Positions 27,876-40,625 of a stretch of DNA of 64,000 bases are shown one piece after another. The translations under genes were made by a program, and so were the position numbers. The notes beneath the pieces were generated by a model. It saw only the letters and a list, made by a program, of their open reading frames with translations. It did not search any database and had not been told where the DNA came from. Position 1 is the first letter of the stretch. Each line of letters starts with the position of its first letter. The DNA lies in NCBI GenBank assembly GCA_903916765.1, contig CAIWXV010000102.1, positions 3,506 through 67,505 of the forward strand, in the 5' to 3' direction. Source of the stretch: an uncultured Dehalococcoidia bacterium. GTDB taxonomy: Bacteria; Chloroflexota; Dehalococcoidia; Dehalococcoidales; Fen-1064.

Positions 27876-28904
27876 TTAGAGGTACTTCTTTCGAATCGTG
27901 GCAGACAGGTCTGCCAGCAATTGTAAAGCTCGTTCTGCCGCAGGCTCACTGCCGATTGGCCCCAGTCCGCAGGCAGGCAGTAATAATCCTTGCTCAATCA
28001 GTTGATTGAATGGAATACCTTTGCGGGTGAAAGGTGACATCGCCGATTCAAGGCGGTCTTTCAGGCTGGCAGTCGTTTCTTTATTGACCGATTCGGCATC
28101 GGTAGGAATAATGCCCCAGCCGATACAGCCCCCTCTGCTCAAAAACTTTTTAACTTCTGTCGGATAGAGGGCAAGCGAATCGGCGTATTTGTAGGCGTCA
28201 AAATGGATAATATTTGTACTAGTCTGGAGCAAAATTGACCAATCAGTGTTGCCACAACAGTGAACGCCCTTGATTCCTTTGATACCGGTGAAAGTTTCTT
28301 CCAGCATACTAACTACTTGCTCCCGAGACAACTGCATTGCAATCGACCCGAAAGCTGTCATATACGGCTCGTCGACAAAGATGATGGTATTTTTATTCAG
28401 TTTGCTCAATGCCTGTTCTTGCCAGCTTGCTTTGAGGCGTAAAAATTTAGGTACCACATCACCAAGCGTTTCATCGTAAATAATGCCCTTGCCTGTTTCG
28501 TCAGTAATCGTTAAACCCCAGCTGACAGGACCGGTAACATGTCCTTTAACGGCGCGCGGGTTCAATTTCTCCATCGCCAGAAAAGTATAAAATCCTGCTG
28601 CGTATTCGGGACTGAGGGTGTATCTGGAGAAATCATTTGCCATATAGTCGGTATAGAATTGCTCCAGTTGCTTGGTTAAGTCCTGATTGCGGTCGACGTA
28701 AATCTTATTGTCTTTAATGACAACACCGGGGAAGCCCTCGCTGTACTGGGCATACATGTTTTCCAGAAACGACCGTTTGGGTAATTGCGGCCATGCGGGA
28801 ATGTCACGCAAATAATGAGTTACTTGCGCGCAGGCATTCGCCGCATCTTTGTGCGGCAGGCTGCCGATAATTGTCGGTAAGCACCCGAATCTAGTATTTA
28901 ACAC
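27876..28904 (-). CDS. Short MetE-like (cobalamin-independent methionine synthase catalytic-domain-only) protein
   Basis: 342 aa, about the size of the MetE C-terminal barrel. It contains HCCGNTDW and a C-terminal LPACGLG Cys. GTG start follows GAGGAG. Confidence 0.65.
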   Translation of the reverse strand: MLNTRFGCLPTIIGSLPHKDAANACAQVTHYLRDIPAWPQLPKRSFLENMYAQYSEGFPGVVIKDNKIYVDRNQDLTKQLEQFYTDYMANDFSRYTLSPEYAAGFYTFLAMEKLNPRAVKGHVTGPVSWGLTITDETGKGIIYDETLGDVVPKFLRLKASWQEQALSKLNKNTIIFVDEPYMTAFGSIAMQLSREQVVSMLEETFTGIKGIKGVHCCGNTDWSILLQTSTNIIHFDAYKYADSLALYPTEVKKFLSRGGCIGWGIIPTDAESVNKETTASLKDRLESAMSPFTRKGIPFNQLIEQGLLLPACGLGPIGSEPAAERALQLLADLSATIRKKYL

Positions 28905-28923
28905 TTACTCCTCACAAAGACAG

Positions 28924-29796
28924 CTATTGTATATATTTTCCTATCAATAATTCCAGTTTCTTTTTCTGTACGGCGGGAATTTTCTCCGGTGCTGTCACAA
29001 TAGCCCCACTCAGCGCATTAGCACAACGGCACTCACGCTTTTTAGGAATCTTTTTGATTGCCAGTTTAATAATGAGCCGTGCCGTACCCATGTTAGCCCG
29101 CAGAATTTTAAGGACTGTCTCCACCGTGACTGCTTCTACCGGCTCCCACCAGCTATCGTAATCTGTGACGCAGGCAATAACGGCGTAGCAGATTTCCGCT
29201 TCACGTGCCAGCTTCGCTTCCGGTAGCGCCGTCATACCGATGACATCCGCTTCCCAACTACGGTACAGCTTCGATTCCGCCCTTGTGGAGAAAGCGGGAC
29301 CTTCCATACAAACATAAGTACCTTTGTGATAAACGATAGCGTCTGCTTCTTTTGCCGATTCGTAGAGTATTTTGCTCAATTCGTTGCAGAAGGGCTCGGC
29401 GAAAGAGATGTGAGCGACGATACCATCGGTGAAAAAGGTACTGATGCGATTGCGTGTGCGGTCGATGAGTTGGTCGGGGATTAAAAGATTCCCGGGTGCA
29501 TATTCCTGCTTAAAACTACCGCAACTGCACACGGCGATGATTTGCTCCACGCCGAGTGATTTCAGGGCGTAGATATTGGCGAGGGCAGGTAGCTCTGTGG
29601 GGGAGATGAAATGCCCGCGGCCGTGCCTCGGCAGAAAGGCAATGCCGATGCCATCCAATTTGCCGATGGTGATGGCATCACTCGGTTTGCCGAAGGGCGT
29701 GTCTATTTCAACCTGCGTAACATCCGTCATCCCCTCGATATTTTCCAATCCCGTCCCCCCGATGACGGCGATCTTAACCTGCGGTTTGGTGGGCAT
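28924..29796 (-). CDS. mtnP: S-methyl-5'-thioadenosine phosphorylase
   Basis: AVIGGTG and FLPRHGRGH motifs, with PNP/MTAP family layout. Confidence 0.9.
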   Translation of the reverse strand: MPTKPQVKIAVIGGTGLENIEGMTDVTQVEIDTPFGKPSDAITIGKLDGIGIAFLPRHGRGHFISPTELPALANIYALKSLGVEQIIAVCSCGSFKQEYAPGNLLIPDQLIDRTRNRISTFFTDGIVAHISFAEPFCNELSKILYESAKEADAIVYHKGTYVCMEGPAFSTRAESKLYRSWEADVIGMTALPEAKLAREAEICYAVIACVTDYDSWWEPVEAVTVETVLKILRANMGTARLIIKLAIKKIPKKRECRCANALSGAIVTAPEKIPAVQKKKLELLIGKYIQ

Positions 29797-29869
29797 TAGC
29801 TTCTCCTTTAATAGTCCTTGGAATTTGTTTTCTTAATATGTCCCTTATAACCGTTTACATTTGGGTTAA

Positions 29870-32615
<2,746 letters not shown>

Positions 32616-32725
32616 TCAATACTGCCATATTGAGCCCTTCCCTTTCCGGAACTTTACCTTAAACGAATTGAAAAGGGCTGTGCCACACTCGACTATTGCG
32701 CTATCGGCGTAAGCATTATTCGTAA

Positions 32726-32754
32726 TTGACAACTCATAACAGGACTAGCATAAT
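32726..32754 (+). promoter_or_regulatory. Candidate promoter of hppA
   Basis: TTGACA (32726-32731), 17 nt, CATAAT (32749-32754). This leaves a roughly 75-nt leader ending in AAAGGAG. Confidence 0.55.
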
Positions 32755-32833
32755 ATTAAGAAGTGTGTATTTTGCACCTCTAGGGCTTGGTGTGCCTGAA
32801 AGGTTGCTTAAAAGTCTTACAAAAGGAGTATAA

Positions 32834-35257
32834 ATGGACTGGAACATTCTTGGACTTGCGCGACATGGGCTCAATAATTTTGAGCAAATTGCCATTATCT
32901 GTGTAGTAATCGTGGCGTTCATCAGTTTAATCTATGCATGGTTACTGCGCGGTACCGTGATGAAGAAGGACAAGGGAACTGCCAAGATGCAGGAGGTATG
33001 GAATGCCATCCGCGTCGGAGCAGATAGCTACCTCGCACGCCAATTGAAAACCATCTTGCCGATAATTGGTGGTTTGACGGTTGTTCTTTTCTTCAGTGTC
33101 TATGTTGTTACACCAACTAACGAGGCAGTGTCGGAGTTCCCGAACAATACCCAACTCATTATTGCAATCGGGCGCTCTCTGGCATTTGTCGTTGGTGCCA
33201 TCTTCTCTCTACTCGTGGGGCAACTCGGTATGCGTATGGCGATTCAAGCTAACGTGCGTGCTGCTTCAGCATCAAGACGCAGTTTGAACGAATCGCTATC
33301 CATCGCCTACTATTCCGGCACCGTCACCGGTATGCTGACCGATGGTCTCGGTCTCCTCGGTGGCACGGTCATCTTCATCATCTTCGGTAAGGCGGCACCT
33401 GAAGCCCTACTCGGTTTCGGTTTGGGCGGCACCTTACTGGCACTCTTCATGCGCGTCGGCGGCGGTATCTTCACCAAAGCCGCAGATGTCGGTGCTGACC
33501 TGGTGGGTAAAGTCGAGAAAGATATCCCGGAAGATGACCCGCGTAATGCAGCTGTCATCGCTGACTTGGTTGGTGATAATGTTGGCGACTGCGCAGGTAT
33601 GGCGGCAGATATCTTCGAAAGTTATGAGGTCACCATCGTTTCCGCTTTGATTCTCGGTCTGACGCTGGTGGCGTTAACCGGTGAGCTGAAATGGATTGTC
33701 TATCCGCTTATCATACGCGCCATCGGTGTTATCAGCTCAATACTGGGAACCTTCACCGTGCCCATCTGGCAAAACTTCCCTATCAAATTCCTGCGGGCAC
33801 ATGATGCCGAAGAGGCAATGTTCCGCTCTTACGAAGTATCCAGTGTAAATACAATTCTGTGGGCATTCCTCCTTGCCATTTTTTATGCACATGACTGGAA
33901 GCTGGCAATGCTGACGACCATCGGTGTCGCTTTGGCTGTTGTCTTCAATCCTCTCACCTCCTTCTTCACATCTACCAAGCGCAACCCCGTCAAAAACATC
34001 GTCAAAGCTACCAGTACGGGACCCGCCACAACTATTCTCTCCGGTTTGTCGGTCGGTATGGAATCCAGTGTTTGGGCACTGCTTGTCATTGCCATCAGCT
34101 TCGTTTTCGCCCTGTTGCTCTATAGTGGCACAGGTGTCGTTTATGTGTTATACGCTGTAGCAATGATTGGTATCGGGATGCTTAGCCACACCGGCAATAA
34201 CGTAGCTATGGACTCCTATGGACCAATTTCCGATAACGCTAATGGAATTGCCGAAATGGCATGGCATGACCAGAATGATGTCGAGACCAAGAAAGCCCGC
34301 CAGATCATGGCTGACCTCGATGCCGTTGGCAATACGACTAAAGCTATTACTAAAGGTGTCGCAATTGCTTCAGCAGTCATTGCGGCTGTCAGTCTTTTTG
34401 CATCGTTCATCACTGATGTCGGTAAAGTTCAGACAGCGTTGAATCTGACACTACCGCTAACGCAGCAAATAAAAGTGTTAAGCGGTATCGACATCTCTAG
34501 TACGCGGGTATTTGTCGGTTTGCTCATAGGCGGTGCTCTCCCGTGGTTATTCAGTTCTCTCTCCATTAATGCTGTAAGCCGCGCTGCCGGACGTATCGTA
34601 GAAGAAGTACGCCGTCAGTTCCGTATACCGGGCGTAATGGAAGGAACCACCAAGCCCGATTACGCAAAAGTGGTTGGTATCTCCACCCAATCGGCACAGA
34701 AAGAATTGATTCCTCTGGCAATTATCGCAGTCATTACCCCCCTTGTCATTGGTTTGGTTCTACACGTAGAAGCCCTTGGCGGCTTCCTAGCCGGCATCAT
34801 TCTCAGTGGGCAATTGCTGGCAGTGTTTATGGCTAATGCCGGCGGCGCCTGGGATAATGCCAAGAAGTCTGTTGAAGATGAACCTCGTGACCTGAAAGCC
34901 AATACTGGTAAGGGTAGTGAACGTCATAAAGCTAGCGTTGTCGGTGATACAGTCGGTGACCCTCTCAAAGATACGGCTGGCCCCGCATTGAACCCGATGA
35001 TTAAGGTTGTCAACCTCGTCAGTTTGATTGCCGCTCCTATCATCGTTAAATACAGCACTAACCTCAATTGGATAGTAATTGTTATCGCAGTTGCCCTGTT
35101 AGGGTTAGTCGGTTGGGCAATTATGCAGAGTAAGCGCGAAGCACCGGCACTGGTACCTGTTGTAGAAGCTGTCAAGATATCCGGTGGAGCTGCTGCGCCG
35201 GCTAAAGAGACTAAGAGTGCCCCTGCGAACAAAAATACCACTCCCAAAAAGCAATAA
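32834..35257 (+). CDS. hppA: Membrane-bound proton-translocating pyrophosphatase, K+-independent type
   Basis: 807 aa, polytopic. Contains GNTTKAITKG, where Lys at the A/K position marks K+-independent enzymes. It has an extra C-terminal TM helix and an A/P/K-rich tail. Confidence 0.95.
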   Translation: MDWNILGLARHGLNNFEQIAIICVVIVAFISLIYAWLLRGTVMKKDKGTAKMQEVWNAIRVGADSYLARQLKTILPIIGGLTVVLFFSVYVVTPTNEAVSEFPNNTQLIIAIGRSLAFVVGAIFSLLVGQLGMRMAIQANVRAASASRRSLNESLSIAYYSGTVTGMLTDGLGLLGGTVIFIIFGKAAPEALLGFGLGGTLLALFMRVGGGIFTKAADVGADLVGKVEKDIPEDDPRNAAVIADLVGDNVGDCAGMAADIFESYEVTIVSALILGLTLVALTGELKWIVYPLIIRAIGVISSILGTFTVPIWQNFPIKFLRAHDAEEAMFRSYEVSSVNTILWAFLLAIFYAHDWKLAMLTTIGVALAVVFNPLTSFFTSTKRNPVKNIVKATSTGPATTILSGLSVGMESSVWALLVIAISFVFALLLYSGTGVVYVLYAVAMIGIGMLSHTGNNVAMDSYGPISDNANGIAEMAWHDQNDVETKKARQIMADLDAVGNTTKAITKGVAIASAVIAAVSLFASFITDVGKVQTALNLTLPLTQQIKVLSGIDISSTRVFVGLLIGGALPWLFSSLSINAVSRAAGRIVEEVRRQFRIPGVMEGTTKPDYAKVVGISTQSAQKELIPLAIIAVITPLVIGLVLHVEALGGFLAGIILSGQLLAVFMANAGGAWDNAKKSVEDEPRDLKANTGKGSERHKASVVGDTVGDPLKDTAGPALNPMIKVVNLVSLIAAPIIVKYSTNLNWIVIVIAVALLGLVGWAIMQSKREAPALVPVVEAVKISGGAAAPAKETKSAPANKNTTPKKQ

Positions 35258-35274
35258 ATAATTCCTTTCAATAG

Positions 35275-35315
35275 AAAAGGCGACCGGCTGAAAAGTCGGT
35301 CGCCTTTTGTTTTTT
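35275..35315. terminator. Bidirectional Rho-independent terminator between convergent hppA and epmA
   Basis: AAAA-GGCGACCGGC-TGAAAA-GTCGGTCGCC-TTTTGTTTTTT. Confidence 0.8.
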
Positions 35316-35327
35316 ACCTGATAATAC

Positions 35328-36257
35328 TTATGCTTCGTCTGTGGTAAAGGGGATAACCTCATCGATGGAAGCAGCATCACAGAAAAGCATTACCAACCTA
35401 TCCATCCCCAGCGCAATACCTGCACACTCCGGCAGATTCGACATTACGGCAAGAAATTTCTCAGGCATCGGGGCAGTTCTATTTTGTTCCTGTTCAATTT
35501 GTCTGGCTTCTTCCAGAAAACGCTTCTTTTGTTCCTGCCTATCGGTAAGTTCGCTGTAAGCGTTTGCCAATTCCAATCCGCCGATAAAGACCTCAGCGCG
35601 TTCTGCAACATCTTTCCTGTCGGGCTTCAATCTCGCCAGCGATGCCATCGGTGCCGGGTAGTCCATCAACACGGTGGGACGGTTAGGATTCAAGTCGGGA
35701 ATGACCTTCAGAATGGTGTCTTCATCGAAACGTTGCGCTACCGGCTCAGCTACTGGGTCCCAGCCAGCCGACTTTTTGAAAGCCTCAGATATCGTCAGTC
35801 TCAGCCATGGAGGTCTGAGGTCAATCTTTTTGCCGCGATAACGGAGTGTGGTTCCCATACCGAGCTTACCGGCAATTGTAGTGACCAAGCCCTCGGTGTC
35901 TTTCGTCATTTGTTCATAGTCGGCATCGGTACGATACCATTCCAATAAGGTAAATTCGGGATTGTGATAACGTCCTCGCTCACCTTTACGAAAACAGCGA
36001 CTGAACTGGTAGATTTTATCATAGCCGGCGGCGAGCAGCCGCTTCATATAAAGCTCAGGGGAGGTGGATAAAAACCAGCCTTCACTGCCGATCGGGATAA
36101 TTTCCTTTTCCGGAGCAATTGCCGGCGAACGGACGGGTGTTTCTACTTCCAGAAAACCCCGTTTATTGAAAAAATCGCGGGTAGTATTATAAATCAATGC
36201 CCGTCGTTGCAGATTAATCGACAGGTGCGCCAGACGCTGACGTTCGTCTTCCACCAT
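35328..36257 (-). CDS. epmA: EF-P lysine aminoacylase (truncated class II LysRS paralog, GenX/PoxA)
   Basis: 309 aa. Class II motif 2 FRKGERGRYHNPEFTLLEWY and motif 3 GIALGMDRLVML. No anticodon-binding domain. It starts 1 nt after the efp stop. Confidence 0.85.
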   Translation of the reverse strand: MVEDERQRLAHLSINLQRRALIYNTTRDFFNKRGFLEVETPVRSPAIAPEKEIIPIGSEGWFLSTSPELYMKRLLAAGYDKIYQFSRCFRKGERGRYHNPEFTLLEWYRTDADYEQMTKDTEGLVTTIAGKLGMGTTLRYRGKKIDLRPPWLRLTISEAFKKSAGWDPVAEPVAQRFDEDTILKVIPDLNPNRPTVLMDYPAPMASLARLKPDRKDVAERAEVFIGGLELANAYSELTDRQEQKKRFLEEARQIEQEQNRTAPMPEKFLAVMSNLPECAGIALGMDRLVMLFCDAASIDEVIPFTTDEA

Positions 36258-36258
36258 T

Positions 36259-36825
36259 TTATTTCTTGGTAACGACTCGCTCTACGTACGACCCGGTACG
36301 AGTGTCAACCTTAATATAGTCACCCTCTTTAATGAAATTGGGAACATCTATTTCGTGGCCCGTTTCCAGCGTGGCTGACTTCATTTGTGCGGTAACGGTA
36401 TCAGTTTTGGTAGCAATATCGCTTTTCATTACTTTCAGTTCCACAAAAATGGGGAGGGTAATATCCAGAGGTTTCTCTTCTAGCATCACCGTGGTAACAA
36501 TTGTGCCTTCTTTTAAGAAATGGCTTTTCTCGCCGAGTAATGTTTCATCGATACTGTATTGCTCATAATTATCGGTGGACATAAAGATAAAATGATTACC
36601 GTCGCGATATAGAAATTGTCCTTCGCGAGTGGAGACATTCGCACCGGTGAATTTTTCGCTGGAACGATAGGTGCGATTTAGGTTACTACCGTCGACGAGG
36701 TTGCGCAACTTGAAACGGTAGATGGCACTCCCTTTGCCGGGTTTCATAAATTCCGCCTCTTCGACATTATAAGGAACATTATCTATCATCAGTTTGGTGC
36801 CTTTGTGCACATCAGAAATATCCAT
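36259..36825 (-). CDS. efp: Elongation factor P
   Basis: 188 aa. The loop MKPGKGSAIYR carries the modifiable Lys. Confidence 0.95.
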   Translation of the reverse strand: MDISDVHKGTKLMIDNVPYNVEEAEFMKPGKGSAIYRFKLRNLVDGSNLNRTYRSSEKFTGANVSTREGQFLYRDGNHFIFMSTDNYEQYSIDETLLGEKSHFLKEGTIVTTVMLEEKPLDITLPIFVELKVMKSDIATKTDTVTAQMKSATLETGHEIDVPNFIKEGDYIKVDTRTGSYVERVVTKK

Positions 36826-36903
36826 TCTTAGTTCACACTCCTATCGGTTCGAGAATTACCACCGTGTATTATTTTATAAAATATCCGATTACAATACAAA
36901 TCA

Positions 36904-38019
36904 TCACAGGAAATAGAAAGCCGTAGCAATCAAAAGATAGACCGCAATCAATTGTGCGCCTTCTACCCAATGGCAAATGCCGTCGGAACCGATATAGTTA
37001 GCAATCATACCCGTCACTACTACTGCCACCAACTCGAACGGTGTAAACACCAGGTCCAACCCGCCCCCGATGAAAAGCGGACTAATCAGCACCAGGACAG
37101 GCACGACAAATAGGGCTATCTGCAATGCCGAACTCATACCGATTTCGAGGGATAAAGTCATATTGTTCTTGCGGGCAAAAGCCATAGCGGTGGAGATTTC
37201 AGGGATATTGGTCAGAAGAGCCACGAACACCAGACCCATAAAAGCCTCGGTGAAACCCGACTGACTGATCAATGGTTCAATTGTCTTGACCAAAAATGAA
37301 GATTCGAAAGTTGCCAATATCGTTGCTATCAACAAAACGGTAATAGCAGCACTTTCGGGCCAGCGGTCGTGGACTTCCTCTGGCGCCTGCCTTTCCACGA
37401 CAAAAAGGTGTTTGTGTGTTACCAGAGTATAGATGAGACTGAGCAGATAGACAACGCCGAGAATGATGGATACTACCAGACTCATCGGACGGGTAGGAGA
37501 ACCCACCGATAGGTTGTAAATCGAAGGCATCCCCAGCCCCACCACAGCAACGATGAGCATTGTGGAGGATAGACCGGCAGATTCTTTATTGAATTTTTGC
37601 TCTTTATATTTCAGACCGCCGGCGATCATCGAAAAACCGATTAACAGTAATACATTAAGAATGATAGAGCCGGTGATAGAAGCCTTGACCAGATTTACCA
37701 GCCCAGCCCTCAAAGAGAAAATGGCGATAAAAAGCTCGATAGCATTGCCGAAAGTGGCATTAATGAGTGCCGAGATAGTATTCGAAACTTTCCGTGCAAT
37801 AATACCAGTGGACTCTGCCATTAGATGAGCAATACCGACTAGTGACGCCGCTGTTACCAAAAAGGATGCAAGTGCACCGACATGAAGAAAGTAGAAAATT
37901 ATCGATACAGGCGCAAACAAAAGGAAAATATCGAGAAAGTGAAAATGCCACTGATTTTTATGCTTGGTCACAATCGAACTCTCGTTTCGGTAACGCTTAG
38001 ATTTAAGCTTATATGCCAC
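36904..38019 (-). CDS. Ca2+/H+ antiporter (CaCA family)
   Basis: 371 aa, about 11 TM helices. Alpha-repeat GNAIELF in the first half and a second repeat region in the second half. Confidence 0.8.
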   Translation of the reverse strand: MAYKLKSKRYRNESSIVTKHKNQWHFHFLDIFLLFAPVSIIFYFLHVGALASFLVTAASLVGIAHLMAESTGIIARKVSNTISALINATFGNAIELFIAIFSLRAGLVNLVKASITGSIILNVLLLIGFSMIAGGLKYKEQKFNKESAGLSSTMLIVAVVGLGMPSIYNLSVGSPTRPMSLVVSIILGVVYLLSLIYTLVTHKHLFVVERQAPEEVHDRWPESAAITVLLIATILATFESSFLVKTIEPLISQSGFTEAFMGLVFVALLTNIPEISTAMAFARKNNMTLSLEIGMSSALQIALFVVPVLVLISPLFIGGGLDLVFTPFELVAVVVTGMIANYIGSDGICHWVEGAQLIAVYLLIATAFYFL

Positions 38020-38417
38020 AGGTTATCTTGTCAAGGCTCAATTTAAAGCAATTTAGGATTTATCAAAAAACCGCACAAAACAATGGGATTATTATGTATT
38101 TTCTTGGAATGAGCCAGCCAGTTGCAAAATACTTTCAATGCCCGGTAATGATTTTGTTTCCCATTCTTACAAGTAAGAATAGCAAGATTATAGCACAGAT
38201 ATAAAAAAAGAAGACATAATAAATATTACATTTCCCCCCGAAAAACATGCGTTCCTTTTTATTTTGGTGGTATGATGCTCAATTGTAATAGTGAAACAAT
38301 TATTAAAAACCTTAATATATACATTTACCCATATTCGGATGGTTTTTAATTATTCGTTAATAGCAAAAGAATAACTATTACAATAAGGTTAGGTAAGAAA
38401 CATATGGAGAGATAAGG

Positions 38418-38567
38418 ATGGACGAAGCCATTTGGGAAGAGGTATTGAATAGTCTGAGGGAAATAGCGAATGCTCTTAGCGGTCAGGATACCACTGATGA
38501 GCGAGTGAAACTAGAAAACCACCCCGAGAAGCTGGAACAAAGGGATAGCAGCGATGACGACGATTAA
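38418..38567 (+). CDS. Unannotated 49-aa acidic miniprotein overlapping the start of the DUF45 gene
   Basis: ATG 38418 follows GGAGAGATAAGG. It ends ...RDSSDDDD. Its last 14 nt overlap ATG 38554 of the next gene. Confidence 0.4.
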   Translation: MDEAIWEEVLNSLREIANALSGQDTTDERVKLENHPEKLEQRDSSDDDD

Positions 38568-39231
38568 GATTGATAAATTAATACGGTCAAAAAGAAGAAC
38601 CCTGAATGTGGAAGTAGGCACAGACACTAAGGTGACTGTAAGAGTTCCCTTACGCTGTTCTAACAGGTCGATACAAAAATTCATAGAGAGCCACAAAGAC
38701 TGGATAGCAAGCAAGCAGAAGTATGCCCGAGAACACTGCAAACAGGTTTCTCCCAAAAAGTATGTAGCGGGAGAGGAGTTCCTCTATTTAGGCAAAGCGT
38801 ATAAACTTGTCACTGCCGAATCAGTGGATAGTACGTTAGCGTTTAATGGACATAACTTCCTGATAAGCGTAAATCAACTGAAAAATGCCCAGGAGCTTTT
38901 CATACAATGGTATAAACAAGAAGCCTCAAAGATAATTACGGAAAGAGCGAAATTGTACTCGTCAATATCGGGGATAGAATATCAAAAGGTAGGCATCACA
39001 AATGCTCACCAACGCTGGGGCTCATGCAGTTACAAGGGAGATCTGAGCTTTACCTGGCGTATTGTTATGGCTCCATTAAAAGTAATTGATTGTGTTGTCG
39101 TGCACGAGCTGGTCCATATGAAAATAAAAGGCCACTCCAAGGTATTCTGGGATGGTGTAAAAATTATGATACCAGAAGTAGATTATTGCCGAAACTGGCT
39201 GAAAGAAAATCAGAATCTATTGTCTATATAG
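38554..39231 (+). CDS. YgjP-like (DUF45/WLM-type) zinc metallopeptidase-fold protein
   Basis: 225 aa. HExxH in VVHELVHMKIKGHS. Confidence 0.75.
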   Translation: MTTIKIDKLIRSKRRTLNVEVGTDTKVTVRVPLRCSNRSIQKFIESHKDWIASKQKYAREHCKQVSPKKYVAGEEFLYLGKAYKLVTAESVDSTLAFNGHNFLISVNQLKNAQELFIQWYKQEASKIITERAKLYSSISGIEYQKVGITNAHQRWGSCSYKGDLSFTWRIVMAPLKVIDCVVVHELVHMKIKGHSKVFWDGVKIMIPEVDYCRNWLKENQNLLSI

Positions 39232-39497
39232 AATTTGTGTTAATTTGATAACTTCAATATCATTGGTTTGGACGAGTACATATCTTTGAAGTGATAGAGA
39301 AAATTCTTAGTAATTTTCAAGATAGTTTGAAGTTATTTAAAGCACCCTTATCTTAGATTTAGTGCTGGGTTGCATACCCCTAGTTGACATAGGATATCAT
39401 TTTATTTTAATATGCCTAGCATATCTCTATGTACTATAATGGGTCAATTCTACAGATAGAGGTAGCAGTAAGTTGTACTAAGATAAAGGAGGAATGT

Positions 39498-39887
39498 ATG
39501 AAACGATTTCTTGGAATGGCTATCGCAGTCATAGGGGTGGTAAGTCTTGTTTTTGGTATCCTCTTCATTATCCAGTCTAACACCGGAAAGCAAACAGTTG
39601 CCGATGAAATAAATCCTATAGCGTTGTCAGACCTGAATACTAAGTATGACTCCGTGAAGGCAAGTCAAATCAAAGTAATGGCTGCCGAGGAACCCCAGAT
39701 ACAAGCCGGGAAAGCAGCCCCAACTGTAATGTATGATTATCTTTCAGCGCAAAGAGCATTACTGGCGGAGGCCAAGTCTAATGTCGCTTTAGCTGGGTTC
39801 GTAATGATGAGTGGCGTTGTGGATATCATCCTAGGACTCGGTTTGATAATTGTGGGTGCGGCATTCTATCAGAAACAAACCGCATAA
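39498..39887 (+). CDS. Hypothetical membrane protein (TM helices at both ends)
   Basis: 129 aa from ATG 39498, which follows AAAGGAGG. No motif recognised. Confidence 0.6.
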   Translation: MKRFLGMAIAVIGVVSLVFGILFIIQSNTGKQTVADEINPIALSDLNTKYDSVKASQIKVMAAEEPQIQAGKAAPTVMYDYLSAQRALLAEAKSNVALAGFVMMSGVVDIILGLGLIIVGAAFYQKQTA

Positions 39888-40031
39888 CCAAGCGATTTAT
39901 TCCCCAATGGTTGCTGGATAAAGTTACCTGATTCTTGGAAACTCTTGTGATGGTACAAGGGTGTACTCGGTCTGATTACTTTTAGTTTGAGCCTAAAAGA
40001 ATATGGCCGATAGGTGATAAAGGAGTGAGCT

Positions 40032-40625
40032 ATGAAGGCATTAAAAATCATCGGGATAGTATTCGGTTCTATCGTGGTACTGGTATTAATCATTGTCGGG
40101 GTTGTCTGGTTTATGATGAGCCGACCCTCTAAACTAGCCGAAGATGTTACACCGGTCGTTTCAAACACTGCAGCTGCCCAGTCACTAGATAACAAGTGGC
40201 AAACTTTTCAGACTGAGGTTGCTCAATCCAAAGCGGGAACATCGATTACTGTTACTCTGACAGAGGAAGAAGTGGACTCCAAAATAAACGATGGCTTGAA
40301 AACTGTTAATCTCCCAGCTGGACTGACTGTAGGTAAGATGAACGTCAATCTAAAAGATGGTAAAATTCTATTGGCTGCCACTATCCAATACTCAGTTTTA
40401 TCGGGTAACGCAGGCATGGTAGCGACTGTAGATTTAGTTAACGGGCAACCCACCATTACAGTCACAGATATTGACATGGGGTCACTGCCATTCCCGCAAT
40501 CTTTGAAAGACCAGCTTAAAAGCTTAATCCCTCAGGACGCGCTGTTTCAAACGAACAGCTCATTCCAAGCCCAGAGTATTGATATTTCCAATGGGCTGTT
40601 GACTATAAAAGGTGTTACTAAGTAA
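40032..40625 (+). CDS. Hypothetical N-terminally anchored exported protein
   Basis: 197 aa. ATG follows AAAGGAG. One TM helix, then a T/V/N-rich, likely beta-rich, domain. Confidence 0.6.
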   Translation: MKALKIIGIVFGSIVVLVLIIVGVVWFMMSRPSKLAEDVTPVVSNTAAAQSLDNKWQTFQTEVAQSKAGTSITVTLTEEEVDSKINDGLKTVNLPAGLTVGKMNVNLKDGKILLAATIQYSVLSGNAGMVATVDLVNGQPTITVTDIDMGSLPFPQSLKDQLKSLIPQDALFQTNSSFQAQSIDISNGLLTIKGVTK

